DNA of 64,000 bases from an uncultured Chloroflexia bacterium (lineage in GTDB: Bacteria > Chloroflexota > Dehalococcoidia > DSTF01 > JALHUB01), in NCBI GenBank assembly GCA_963726245.1, contig CAVSBT010000030.1:128001-192000 (forward strand), read 5' to 3'. Shown piece by piece: positions 8,824-19,033 of this stretch. Both the position numbers and the translations under genes were made by a program. The notes under the pieces were generated by a model that saw nothing but the letters and a program-made list of their open reading frames with translations, was not told the origin of the DNA and did no database searches. Position 1 is the stretch's first letter; each line of letters begins with the position of its first letter.

Positions 8824-11800
8824 ATGAGCGACATCCTACACCGAACTCCACCTCCACTCCCACTGGTCCCTCCTCGAGGGGGCGTCCTCGCCGCTGGAGC
8901 TGGTGCTGCAGGGCGCGGGAGCTGGGCTACGAGGCGCTGGCCCTCACCGACCACGACGGCCTCTACGGGGCCATGGAGTTCGCCCAGTGCGCCCGCGCCT
9001 GGGGCATCCGGCCCATCACCGGCGCCGAGGTCACCCTGCGAGTCGGGCCATCACCTGACCCTCCTCTGCGAGACGCAGCGGGGCTACGCCAACCTCTGCC
9101 GCCTCCTCTCGCACGCCCACCTCACCCACGAGAAGGGCCGGCCCGCCATCGAGCCGGACGTGCTGGCTACCCATGCCGAGGGGCTCATCGCCCTCTCCGG
9201 CTGCCGGCGGGGCGAGGTGCCGTCGCTGGTCGCCGAGGGCCGCATCGAGGAGGCGGAGGCCGCCGCCCGCCGTTATGTCGAGATGTTCGGCCGCGCAGAG
9301 CTTCTTCATCGAGCTCCAGCAGAACCTGGTCCACGGCGACACGGCCCGCAACCGGGAGCTGGTCGCCCTGGCGAAGCGCCTGGGGCTGGGCGTCGTCGCC
9401 ACCAACAACGTCCACTACCACGTGCGGGAGCGCCACCGCCTCCAGGACGTGCTGGTGGCCATCAAGCACCGCACCACCCTGGAGACCTCGCACACCCTGC
9501 GACGGGCCAACAGCGAGTTCTACCTGAAGTCGCCCCAGGAGATGGCCCGCCTCTTCGCCGACTGCCCGGAGGCCCTGGCGAACACCGTCCGCATCGCCGA
9601 GAGGTGCGCCCCTTCGACAAGCTCAGGGTGCGGATCGGCAGGTTCGGGCAAGGCTTCGACCTCACCCGCGACCTGGACTACCGCTTCCCCGACTACCCCT
9701 GCCCGCCGGGCGAGACGCCGGACGGCGTCCTCCGCCGCCTCTGCTTCGAGGAGGCGCGGCGCCGCTACGGGCTGGTGAGCGGGCGGCTGCCGCGAGCAGG
9801 TGGAGGCGCGGCTGGAGGAGGAGCTGCGTCTCATCGCCAAACACGGGCTGGGCGGCTTCTTCCTCATCTACCGCGACCTGCTGGAGCTGGGCAAAGAGGT
9901 GGCCCGCGAGGTCTACGGCCCCGACCACGCCGACCGGCCGCCGGGCCGCGGGCGCGGCAGCAGCGTGGGCTCCCTGGTCTGCTACCTCATCGGGCTGTCG
10001 CACATCGACCCCCTGAAGAACAACCTCTTCGCCGGCCGCTTCCTCAACGAGGAGATGGCCTCGGTGCCCGACGTGGACCTGGACTTCAGCCGCGAGGTGC
10101 GGGAGAAGCTCATCCTGCGCGTCTACGAGCGCTACGGCCGGGAGCACGTCGGGCTGGTGTGCAGCTTCCCCACCTACCGCCTGCGCTCGGCCGTCCGCGA
10201 CGTGGGCAAGGCCCTGGGGCTGCCGGAGGCGGAGCTGGACCGCCTGGCCAAGCTGTCGGAGCACCGCTCCGCCGACCGGCTGCGGGAGGAGATGTCGCGC
10301 TACCCGGAGTTCCGCGGCCGCCTCGACGCTCCCCTCTGGCGCGACCTGGTGGACCTGGCCGAGCAGGTCCGCGGCTTCCCCCGCCACGTCAGCCAGCACG
10401 TGGGCGGCATGGTCATCTCCTCCAAGCCCCTGGTGGAGCTGGTGCCCCTGGAGAAGGCCCGCATGCCCGGCCGCGTCGTCTGCCAGTGGGACAAGGACAG
10501 CATCGACGACGCCCGCATGGTGAAGGTGGACTTCCTGGCCCTGGGCATGCTCTCGCTGGTGGACTACTGCCTGGACGAGATCGAGGCCCGCCGGGGCCTG
10601 CGCATCGACCTGAGCCGCATCGACTTCGAAGACCCCGCCGTCTACGACATGATCTGCGCCGGCGACACCATCGGCGTCTTCCAGGTGGAGAGCCGGGCCC
10701 AGATGCAGACCCTGCCCCGCACGCGGCCGCGCTCCCTGGAGGACCTGACGGTGGAGGTGGCCATCATCCGGCCGGGGCCCATCGTGGGGAAGGCGGTGAG
10801 CCCCTACATCCTGCGCCGCCAGGGGAAGGAGCCCGTCACCTACGACCACCCCAGCCTGGAGCCCGTCCTGAAGGAGACGCTGGGCGTCATCCTCTACCAG
10901 GAGCAGGTGATCCAGGCGGCGATGGCCATCGCCGGCTTCACCGCCGGCCAGGCCGACCAGATGCGGCGGGCCATGTCCCGCAAGCGCTCTCGGGAGGCGA
11001 TGGCGGCCATGTGGGAGGAGTTCCGCCAGGGCGCCCTCGGCCAGCGGCGTCGACGAGGCCACCGCCCGCACGCGTCTTCGACAAGGTCATGGGCTTCGCC
11101 GAGTTCGGCTTCCCCAAGAGCCACGCCGCCGCCTTCGCCCTGCTGGCCTACCAGTCGGCCTGGCTCAAGAAGTACTACCCGCTGGAGTTCACCTGCGCCC
11201 TCCTCAACGCCCAGCCCATGGGCTTCTACCCGCCGGAGGTCATCGTGGGCGACGCCCGCCGCCACGGGGTCGACGTCCTGCCGCCCGACGCGAACCTGAG
11301 TCGCCGGCGCTGCACGGTCGAAGAGCCTGCCTGCCGGCGGACGGGGCGAGGCGGTGCGCATCGGGCTGGCCTACGTGGACGGCGTGGGCGAGAAGGGCGG
11401 CAGGGCTATCGAGGAAGCCGCGCGACCGGGGCGGAGCCGTTCCGCTCGCTGCGCGACTTCTGCTGGCGCACCGGCCTCAGGCGGGAGGCCGTCGAGAGCC
11501 TGATCCGGGCCGGCGCCTTCGACGGCTTCGGCCTCAACCGGCGGGAGCTCCTCTGGCAGCTAGGGCTGGTCTATCGACCGGACGGCCGCCACGCCGCCGA
11601 GCGCCAGATACCGCTGCCGCTGCCCACCAAGCAGGACGAGGTCCCCCTGCGCGACCTCACCCGCTGGGAGCGCCTGGTGGCCGACTACGAGACGATGGGC
11701 TTCTCCGCCCACGACCACCCTGTGGCCCTCATCCGCCCGGCTCTGGGCGAGGGCGTCGTCTCCACGGCCCACATCGAGGCTCTGGAGGACGGCGTCGAGG

Positions 11801-12075
11801 TGCAGGTGGCGGGCCTGGTGGTCTGCCGTCAGCAGCCGGGGACGGCCAAGGGGTTCGTCTTCCTGGTGCTGGAGGACGAGTACGGGCTGGCCAACGTCGT
11901 CGTCAAGCCCGCGGTCTACCTGCGCTGCCGCGCCCTCGTCCGCGCCGAGCCCTTCGTCATCGTGTCCGGCCGGCTCCAGCGCCGCGACGGCATCACCAAC
12001 GTCATCGCCGAGTCGTTCCGGCCGCTGCGCGTGCCACGAGAGCTGGTGGCGCCGGAGGCGCACAACTTCGGCTGA
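8824..12075 (+). CDS. dnaE2: Error-prone DNA polymerase DnaE2 (many frameshifts)
   Basis: PHP motifs ELHLHSHWSLLEG, ALTDH and ATNNVHYH; GRGSSVGSLVCY; PDVDLDF; KVDFLALGML; GFPKSHA; LLNAQPMGFY; OB-fold RQQPGTAKGFVF; C-terminal AHNFG. Confidence 0.93.
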   Translation: MSDILHRTPPPLPLVPPRGGVLAAGAGAAGRGSWATRRWPSPTTTASTGPWSSPSAPAPGASGPSPAPRSPCESGHHLTLLCETQRGYANLCRLLSHAHLTHEKGRPAIEPDVLATHAEGLIALSGCRRGEVPSLVAEGRIEEAEAAARRYVEMFGRAELLHRAPAEPGPRRHGPQPGAGRPGEAPGAGRRRHQQRPLPRAGAPPPPGRAGGHQAPHHPGDLAHPATGQQRVLPEVAPGDGPPLRRLPGGPGEHRPHRREVRPFDKLRVRIGRFGQGFDLTRDLDYRFPDYPCPPGETPDGVLRRLCFEEARRRYGLVSGRLPRAGGGAAGGGAASHRQTRAGRLLPHLPRPAGAGQRGGPRGLRPRPRRPAAGPRARQQRGLPGLLPHRAVAHRPPEEQPLRRPLPQRGDGLGARRGPGLQPRGAGEAHPARLRALRPGARRAGVQLPHLPPALGRPRRGQGPGAAGGGAGPPGQAVGAPLRRPAAGGDVALPGVPRPPRRSPLARPGGPGRAGPRLPPPRQPARGRHGHLLQAPGGAGAPGEGPHARPRRLPVGQGQHRRRPHGEGGLPGPGHALAGGLLPGRDRGPPGPAHRPEPHRLRRPRRLRHDLRRRHHRRLPGGEPGPDADPAPHAAALPGGPDGGGGHHPAGAHRGEGGEPLHPAPPGEGARHLRPPQPGARPEGDAGRHPLPGAGDPGGDGHRRLHRRPGRPDAAGHVPQALSGGDGGHVGGVPPGRPRPAASTRPPPARVFDKVMGFAEFGFPKSHAAAFALLAYQSAWLKKYYPLEFTCALLNAQPMGFYPPEVIVGDARRHGVDVLPPDANLSRRRCTVEEPACRRTGRGGAHRAGLRGRRGREGRQGYRGSRATGAEPFRSLRDFCWRTGLRREAVESLIRAGAFDGFGLNRRELLWQLGLVYRPDGRHAAERQIPLPLPTKQDEVPLRDLTRWERLVADYETMGFSAHDHPVALIRPALGEGVVSTAHIEALEDGVEVQVAGLVVCRQQPGTAKGFVFLVLEDEYGLANVVVKPAVYLRCRALVRAEPFVIVSGRLQRRDGITNVIAESFRPLRVPRELVAPEAHNFG
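9609..9660 (+). repeat. CCTTCGACAAGCTCAGG-type REP-like element inserted in dnaE2
   Basis: CCCCTTCGACAAGCTCAGGGTG followed by a degenerate second copy and a duplicated CTTCGAC; same family as the intergenic element at 44886. Confidence 0.65.
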
Positions 12076-12102
12076 GCCGGAGCGGGATGCACCCTCCCAA
12101 GA

Positions 12103-12787
12103 CTAGCGCAGCTTCTCGGCGAAGCGGCGGAAGCGCAGCGCGGCGTCCTTGTCGATGGGCCGCCCGTGGCCGAAGAAGACGGCCTCGAAGTCCAGCGCCG
12201 CCAGCTTTCGAATCGACTCCTTCGCCTGGGCCATGTCCTCGGTGAACCAGCCCATGGGCGGTCGCAGGCGGAAGCTGTTGGCGGCGGCGTCACCTGTGAA
12301 GAGCAGCCGCCTCTTCGGGCAATAGAGGCAGATGGAGCCGGGGGTGTGCCCCGGCGTGTGCACCACGCGCATGCCGTCGAGCGCGTCGATCTCGTCGCCG
12401 TCCGCCAGCTCGCGGTCGACGCGGGCGGCGGGCGCCCCTGCCGCCATGCGGCCCAGCAGACGGCTTCAGCAGCCCGCCCGACGACGGCCCCGGCGGCGGC
12501 CGCTCGCCGCGCACGACGGGCGCATCGAGGGCGTGGACCATCACCTGGGCGCCGGTGCGCTCCACCAGCTCCGCCAGGCCGCCGGTGTGGTCGCCGTGGT
12601 GGTGGGTGATGACGATCTGGCGCACGTCCTGGGGCTTGCGACCCGCCGCCTCCACGGCCCGCAGCACCCGCTCGGCGCTGCCCTTGAGGCCGGTATCGAT
12701 GACCGTCACGCGGTCGGCGTCGATGGCCAGGTAGGCCCGCCCCATGCCGAGCGAATCGATGGTGTGGACGCCGGGGACGATCTCCAT
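12103..12787 (-). CDS. MBL-fold metallo-hydrolase (frameshift near 12450)
   Basis: VIDTG, THHHGDHTGG, HTPGHTPG, FTGDA and FGHG across ORFs 12290..12787 and 12103..12447. Confidence 0.9.
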
Positions 12788-12920
12788 GGTGGGTCACCTC
12801 CACTGCCAGGCCAAAGAAGGACAAGTTGACACTTGCCCTTTTGTACCACGGTTGACGCGTGGCAGAAGGGGAGACTGGACAGCACGGACGGACGCCGCAC
12901 GAAATCCCCCCGCTGCCCCC

Positions 12921-12968
12921 CTGACACAATACCTAGCGAAAGGTATTCTTGCCATAGCGCTATGGTAA
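12921..12968 (+). promoter_or_regulatory. Putative promoter with two palindromic operators upstream of the HTH_17 gene
   Basis: CTGACA (12921) -17 nt- TATTCT (12944); inverted repeat AATACCT-N6-AGGTATT 12928-12947; near-perfect palindrome TTGCCATAGCGCTATGGTAA 12949-12968. Confidence 0.55.
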
Positions 12969-13003
12969 TCCTAGGTAAGGCAGAACCCAAGGAGGTAATT
13001 GCG

Positions 13004-13690
13004 GTGACAAAGGTCATACACTCCTTCAGAGGTAGCAGAAATACTGAAGATAACTGAGGATGAGGTAGTGGAACTCGTACAGCAGGGACAACTCGCTGCC
13101 TTCCAGGTAATAGATCATGCCCGGATTAAAGAAGAGGCGCTCGATGGAATTCATGAACAGGCCATATCGCGGGCTCACCAAATGGGCCCGCCAGCTCGTC
13201 CACGCGGCCCGGGCGGCCCCGCGCAAGCAGAAGCGAAACCGCAACCCAGAGGCGGAAGCAGCGGGGCGGCAATGGGCATGGGAGCAGATTCGCCAGGTGG
13301 CCCCTGATCTATCATCCATTCAAGGACGAGGTTCACGGCGAACGGCAAGCAGGGGGTCCTGCAGGTATCGACCACGCCATCTGGGCGCGACAGGAGCTAC
13401 TGGTTCGAGTTTCCCGGAGAGGCTACTGGAACACCAAGCCTGCCGCTGTTCATCGTGCCTGTGCTGGCTGACCGTCGGATTGCCTTCGTGATCCCTTACG
13501 CCAGACACAAGGCAGCCTTCGATGGCTTGTCATCGAGCAAGCGAGGGACACAAGAAGTTCCATATAACGCTTGGGGATGACGGGCAGAGGACTGACTAAC
13601 TGATTAGGCAAGGATCCTAGTCAAGTGCCTTGATCTGCTCCGTGAGCCAGGACTCTTGGGGCATAGCCGAGCGGCTCCTAGGGGCCTCGC
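13004..13690 (+). CDS. Excisionase-like HTH_17 protein with an unknown C-terminal domain (frameshifted, low GC; 3' end approximate)
   Basis: AAGGAGGT RBS then GTG at 13004; reconstructed SYTPSEVAEILKITEDEVVELVQQGQLAAFQVIDHARIKEEAL.EF is a typical HTH_17; later frames give WFEFPG..LFIVPVLADRRIAFVIPY; about 49% GC over 13021-13140. Confidence 0.65.
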
Positions 13691-13697
13691 TAAGCCG

Positions 13698-13724
13698 GGA
13701 GCGCAGAGTAGCTGCGCACCCTAC
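13698..13724 (-). repeat. GTAG-type REP palindrome overlapping the uvrB stop
   Basis: Minus strand GTAGGGTGCGCAGCTACTCTGCGCTCC, a variant of the perfect copy at 30091. Confidence 0.65.
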
Positions 13725-15820
13725 CGCCTCCCGTACCGCCGGCCCGTGCGCACGCGGTTGCGCCAGGAGTCGCCCGGCGAGCGCTTCTGGCGGCCGGTCT
13801 CGGCGGCGCCGTAGGCCGACTTGGCGAACTCGTGGAGGGCGTCCTCGCCGGAGATGAGCTCCTTGCGCAGCTCGATGATCTGGTCGCGCAGGAGCGCCGC
13901 CCGCTCGAACTCCAGGGCCCGCGCCGCCTGCTTCATCTGCGACTCCAGGTCCTTCACCAGCCGCGCGATCTCGTCCTTGGGCACGGCCCCGCCGACGCGG
14001 TACTCGACCCGCTCCTCGGCCACCTTCTTCACGTGGTCGGTGATGTCACGTATCGCCTTGCGGATGCCCTGGGGGGTGATGCCGCGCTCCTCGTTGTAGG
14101 CGACCTGCACGCGGCGGCGCCGGTACGTCTCGTCGATGGCCCTGCGCATCGAATCGGTCATCTTGTCGGCGTACATGATGACGCGGCCGTCGACGTGGCG
14201 GGAGGCGCGGCCGATGGTCTGGATCAGGGAGTCGCCGGAGCGCAGGAAGCCCTCCTTGTCGGCGTCGAGGATGGCCACCAGGCTCACCTCAGGCAGGTCC
14301 AGCCCCTCGCGCAGGAGGTTGATGCCCACGACCACGTCGTAGACGCCCAGGCGCAGGTCGCGCAGGATCTCCACCCGCTCCAGCGTGTCGATCTCCGAGT
14401 GCAGGTAGTGGGTGCGGACGCCCATCTCCGCCAGGTAGTCGGCCAGGTCCTCGGCCATCTTCTTGGTGAGGGTGGTGATCAGGCAGCGCTCCCCCCGCTC
14501 GACGCGCGCCCGCACCTGCTCGAGCAGGTCGTCGATCTGGCGCTCGGTGGGCTTGACCTCAATGGAGGGGTCCACCAGGCCGGTGGGCCGCACCAGTTGC
14601 TCCACCACCTGCTCGCTGTGCTGGTACTCGTAGGGGCCGGGCGTGGCCGAGACGTAGACGACGCGGCTGATGTGCTCCTCGAACTCGCCGAAGTTGAGCG
14701 GCCGGTTGTCCAGCGCCGAGGGCAGGCGGAAGCCGTAGTCCACCAGCGTCTGCTTGCGGGAGACGTCGCCGTGGTACATGCCCCGCACCTGGGGGATGCT
14801 GATGTGCGACTCGTCGATGAACATCAGGAAGTCGTCGGGGAAGTAGTCGAGCAGCGTCCAGGGGGTGCTGCCGGGGGCGCGGCGCGCCAGGTGGCGGGAG
14901 TAGTTCTCGATGCCGGAGCAGTAGCCGGCCTCCCGCAGGCTCTCGAGGTCGTAGTGGGTGCGCTCCTCCAGGCGGGCCGCCTCCAGGATCTTGTCCTGCG
15001 CCCGTAGCTCCGCCAGCCGCTCCGCCAGCTCCTGCTCGATGTCGGCGATGGCGGCCTCCAGCTTCTCCTGCGAGGTGACGAAGTGCTTGGCGGGGTAGAC
15101 GTCCACCCGCTCGCGCTCGGCCACGATCTCGCCGGTGAGGGGGTCCAGCTCGACGATGCGCTCCACCTCGTCCCCCAAGAAGTCGATGCGGATGGCCAGC
15201 TCCTCGTAGGCGGGGAGGATGGTGATGCTGTCGCCGCGGAGGCGGAACTTGCCCCGCGCCAGGGTCACGTCGTTGCGCTCGTACTGCATGTCGACCAGGC
15301 GGCGCATGGCGCGGGTGCGGTTGAAGGCTTCGCCCTTCCGGAAGGTGAGGGTGAAGCTCTGGTACTCCTCGGGCTCGCCCAGGCCGTAGATGCAGGAGAC
15401 AGAGGCCACGATGAGGACGTCGCGCCGCTCGAAGAGGGCGCGGGTGGCGGCGTGGCGCAGCTTGTCGATCTCGTCGTTGATGTCGGCGTCCTTGGCGATG
15501 TAGGTGTCGGAGCGGGGGATGTAGGCCTCGGGCTGGTAGTAGTCGTAGTAGCTGACGAAGAACTCGACGGCGTTGTCGGGGAAGAACTCCTTGAACTCGG
15601 AGCAGAGCTGGGCGGCCAGGGTGCGGTTGGGGGCGAGCACCAGGGTGGGGCGCTGCCAGCGGGCGACGACGTTGGCCATGGTGAAGGTCTTGCCGGAGCC
15701 CGTCACGCCGAGGAGCGTCTGGCGCTTCTGGCCGCGCTCCAGCCCCTCGACCAGCCGGTCGACGGCCTGGGGCTGGTCGCCCGTGGCCTCGAAGTCAGAG
15801 ACGAGACGGAAGGATGGCAT
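13721..15820 (-). CDS. uvrB: Excinuclease ABC subunit B
   Basis: [38 protein letters not shown] and the C-terminal UVR motif [11 protein letters not shown]. Confidence 0.98.
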   Translation of the reverse strand: MPSFRLVSDFEATGDQPQAVDRLVEGLERGQKRQTLLGVTGSGKTFTMANVVARWQRPTLVLAPNRTLAAQLCSEFKEFFPDNAVEFFVSYYDYYQPEAYIPRSDTYIAKDADINDEIDKLRHAATRALFERRDVLIVASVSCIYGLGEPEEYQSFTLTFRKGEAFNRTRAMRRLVDMQYERNDVTLARGKFRLRGDSITILPAYEELAIRIDFLGDEVERIVELDPLTGEIVAERERVDVYPAKHFVTSQEKLEAAIADIEQELAERLAELRAQDKILEAARLEERTHYDLESLREAGYCSGIENYSRHLARRAPGSTPWTLLDYFPDDFLMFIDESHISIPQVRGMYHGDVSRKQTLVDYGFRLPSALDNRPLNFGEFEEHISRVVYVSATPGPYEYQHSEQVVEQLVRPTGLVDPSIEVKPTERQIDDLLEQVRARVERGERCLITTLTKKMAEDLADYLAEMGVRTHYLHSEIDTLERVEILRDLRLGVYDVVVGINLLREGLDLPEVSLVAILDADKEGFLRSGDSLIQTIGRASRHVDGRVIMYADKMTDSMRRAIDETYRRRRVQVAYNEERGITPQGIRKAIRDITDHVKKVAEERVEYRVGGAVPKDEIARLVKDLESQMKQAARALEFERAALLRDQIIELRKELISGEDALHEFAKSAYGAAETGRQKRSPGDSWRNRVRTGRRYGRR

Positions 15821-15828
15821 AGCCTAGA

Positions 15829-16607
15829 TCAACTCTCCCTCGCCCCCTCCACGCGGTCCCGCCCCCGGCCCTTCGCCTCGTAGAGGGCGGCGTCGGCGCG
15901 CCTCACCAGCGCGTCTTCGTCGGCCACGCCGGGCGAGGGGTAGATCGCCACACCCAGGCTCACCGTCAGGGCCACCGCGTCGCGGCCCCGCCGGAAGTGC
16001 TCCTTCAGACAGGTACGCAGTTTCTCGGCCGCCTGGCTCGCCTGCTCCGGGGGCGTCTCCGGCAGCAGGACGGCGAACTCCTCGCCCCCGTAGCGGCAGA
16101 CGATGTCGCTGCCGCGGACGTTTCCCGTCAATATCTTACCAACTTCCACCAGCACGTGGTCGCCGAACTGGTGCCCGCGCTGGTCGTTGATCTCCTTGAA
16201 GTTGTCCACGTCCAGCATCACCAGCGAGAGCACCCGTTCATACCGCTTCGCCCGCTCGATCTCCACGCCCAACCGCGACTGGAAGAAGCGACGGTTGTAG
16301 AGGCCGGTCAGCGGGTCGGTGATCGCCAGCCGCTCCAGCTCCGCTTCCTTGCCAAGCAACTCGCCGTACAGGTCGGCCAGGTGACGCTCGCGGCGCGACG
16401 CCGCACCTCAACAACCAGCCCGGCGAGAAGAAAGAGCAGGGCAAGACCACCGGGGATGAAGATCTCGTCCACCTCCCGCCAGCGGACGGAGCCTCCGAGC
16501 GCTCTGTCCAGGGGGTCGAAGACGGCCACCACCAGCGCGACCAGGGCGATGACGGCCGCGCCCGCCAGATGCCAGCGGTAGGATTTCAAGAGTCGGTGGA
16601 GGTCCAA
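15829..16607 (-). CDS. Membrane-anchored diguanylate cyclase (frameshift near 16360)
   Basis: Two TM helices (ORF 16308..16607) then TDPLTGLYNRR, DVDNFKEIND, RGSD I-site and RYGGEEF. Confidence 0.88.
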
Positions 16608-16624
16608 GTCTCGGGGCGTCCCTC

Positions 16625-17208
16625 TCAGGCCCGGCGGCCGAAGTAGGCCAGGGCGCTCCGGAGCCGCTCCTCGACGCTGAGCGAGCCATCCGAGGGGACG
16701 CTGGCAGCGGCGGCCTGGGCCTCCGCCTGCGTGTAGCCCAGCCCGACCAGGGCGGCCGCCACCTCGTCGTCGCGGCCCGTCGGGACGGCTGCACGGCCCG
16801 CCCCACGAGCTTGCCCTTCAGCTCCAGCACCAGGCGCGCCGCCATCTTCTGCCCGACGCCCGGCACCTGCTGCAGCCTCGGCGCGTCGCCGGCCGACACG
16901 GCGTCGGAGAGACCCTCGGCGCCCAGGGCGGAAAGGAGGCTCAGCGCCCCCCTGGGCCCGACGCCGCTGACGCTGATCAGCATCTCGAACAGGCGCAGGT
17001 CTTCGGCGGAGGCAAAGCCGTAGAGGGCCACGGCGTCATCCCGAAGGTGGAGGTGCGTGTGCAGCACCACGCTCTCGCCGCGGCGGCCCAGCGCCTCGGC
17101 GGTGGAGGCCGGCACTTGGAGCCGCAGCCCAACGCCGCCGACGAACACGAGAAGCCAGTCGGCCCCCCACTCCTCTACCACACCCCGCAGGCAGGCGATG
17201 GGGCTCAT
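16625..17208 (-). CDS. ruvA: Holliday junction branch migration protein RuvA (frameshift near 16780)
   Basis: IACLRG, VGGVG, LYGF, VSGVGPR, VPGVGQKMAARLVLELK; C-terminal ALVGLGYTQAEA in the shifted frame. Confidence 0.93.
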
Positions 17209-17785
17209 GCTCTGCCTTCCGAAATCGCGGCGGCACGAGCTGCCGGCTAGTCGCGCTTCGGCGCGACGGCGCATCAGGTGGCAGAGCGCGGTCGCGAGGG
17301 CGTCGGAGGCGTCGTTTGGCTGAGGCGCGGCTTCGAGCCCCAACTGAAGGCGCAGCATCTCCTGCACCTGCTCCTTGCTGCCGCGTCCGTATCCCGACAC
17401 CGCCTGCTTCACCTCCGAGGCCGAGTACTCGAAGACGGCCAGGCCCGCCTCAGCCGCCGCCAGGAAGGCGACCCCGCGGGCCTCGCCCATGGCGATGGCG
17501 ACACGCTTGTTGGCGGCGACGAACGCCTCCTCCACCGCCGCCTCGGCCGGCTGCCAGCGGCCGATGACCTCTCGCAGACCAAGAGCAAATGCGCCGCAGC
17601 CTCTCGGGCAGCGGCAGGGCCGGCTCCGTTGTCACGGCGCCATAGCCCAGGACCGTGAGTTGCTCCCTTTCGACAGAGGTCACGCCCGAGCCCGCCAGGG
17701 CCAGCACGCCCCAGCCGGTGGCCCGCAGCCCAGGATCGATGCCCAGGACCACCAGGCCAGGGACAGCACGGGGCGACGGTGTCAT
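17205..17785 (-). CDS. ruvC: Crossover junction endodeoxyribonuclease RuvC (frameshifted)
   Basis: LGIDPGLRATGWG, AVEEAF, GEARGV, EVKQAVSGYGRGSKEQV, DASDALA. Confidence 0.93.
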
Positions 17786-18546
17786 CCGGCTGTGGCCTGG
17801 GCGCTGTACGCGTCCAGGGCCGAGTCCGGGAAGTCGCCGTTGGAGTAGACGTGCGTGACGTCGTCCAACTCCTCGAGGCGGTCGAGGAGCCTGAGGGTCT
17901 GGACCGCCTCCTTCTCTCCCAGTCCCACAGTGCTCTTGGGCACCATGGCGATCTCGGCGGAGGCAACAGCGACGCTGGCCTCCTCCAGCGACCGGCGGAC
18001 ATTCTCCAGGTCCATTGGCTTGGTGTAGACCTCGACGGCGTCGTCCTCGACCTTCACGTCTTCGGCGCCGGCGTCGATGGCGAGCAGGGCCAGGTCGTCG
18101 CCGCCCTGGTTCTGAGCAGGGACTGTGATGACGCCGCGGCTCTCGAACAGCCACGACACGCAGCCGGCCTCGCCGAGGCTGCCACCGGCGCGCGCGAACG
18201 TGGCGCGGATGTCGGCCACCGTGCGGTTGCGGTTGTCGGTCACCGTCTCGACCAGGACGGCAGCGCCGCCGACACCGTACCCCTCATAGGTCACCTCCGA
18301 GAGGGTCGACGCCCCCGCCTCGCCGGTAGCCCGCTTGATAGCCCGATCGATGTTGTCGGCCGGCATGTTGTTATCGCGGGCTTTCTGGATGGCAAGCCGG
18401 AGGCGGAAGTTGGAGGCCGGGTCAGGGCCTCCCTGACGGGCGGCGACGCCAATCTCCCGTCCGAGCTTGGTGAAGAGTTGCCCGCGGCGCGCATCGGTGA
18501 CGCCCTTCTGTCTCTTGATCTGTGTCCACTTGGAATGGCCCGACAT
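17782..18546 (-). CDS. yebC: YebC/PmpR family protein
   Basis: MSGHSKW, YEGYG, TDNRNRT, LEELDDVTHVYSN; canonical position before ruvC. Confidence 0.96.
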   Translation of the reverse strand: MSGHSKWTQIKRQKGVTDARRGQLFTKLGREIGVAARQGGPDPASNFRLRLAIQKARDNNMPADNIDRAIKRATGEAGASTLSEVTYEGYGVGGAAVLVETVTDNRNRTVADIRATFARAGGSLGEAGCVSWLFESRGVITVPAQNQGGDDLALLAIDAGAEDVKVEDDAVEVYTKPMDLENVRRSLEEASVAVASAEIAMVPKSTVGLGEKEAVQTLRLLDRLEELDDVTHVYSNGDFPDSALDAYSAQATAG

Positions 18547-18650
18547 AGCTACCTCCCCGGGGCGGCAGCCCGTCGCCATTTTAGCACCTGCGTTCAAGAG
18601 GTGGCAAAGGGAGGTAGTGGTTCAGTTTGAATAGTGGCCTGTTCGCATCC

Positions 18651-19001
18651 TCATTCGCTCGGGGCGCGAACGTGGTGCGGAATCTCTAGCGGGACCTCCA
18701 AGCCGAACTCCACCAGCCCCGCGAACTTCCCGTCGCGGTACCACGGCGACTGATAGATCACCACCCTGCCGCCGTCCTTCTCGATTGTGTAGACGTTAAT
18801 CTCCCGCGTCTCCATCATCCGCCGGATCTTCGACTGCGCCTGCTCTGGATGGACGTCGAGCACGCTCCTCCCGAGCAACTCGCGGCCGCCCTTATCCGCA
18901 AACCACTCGATGGCCCGATCGTTCATCTCAATAATGATTCCGGCCGCATCGCAGACGACCACCGGCCCGGGAAACTCCTTGACCCAAGAATTCTCCGTCA
19001 T
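18651..19001 (-). CDS. Stand-alone PAS domain protein
   Basis: VVVCDAAGIIIEMN, LLGRSVLDVHP, SPWYRDGKFAGLVE. Confidence 0.8.
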   Translation of the reverse strand: MTENSWVKEFPGPVVVCDAAGIIIEMNDRAIEWFADKGGRELLGRSVLDVHPEQAQSKIRRMMETREINVYTIEKDGGRVVIYQSPWYRDGKFAGLVEFGLEVPLEIPHHVRAPSE

Positions 19002-19033
19002 TTCACTCCTCGACTAGAGAGGAACGCGAGCGG

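Noticed and set aside
8635-12075. 1146-aa ORF as a novel giant protein
   Set aside because: Mosaic of out-of-frame and in-frame dnaE2 segments
16408-17535. Apparent RuvC-RuvA fusion ORF
   Set aside because: An indel near the ruvC 3' end explains it; an ATGA stop/start overlap exists at 17205-17208
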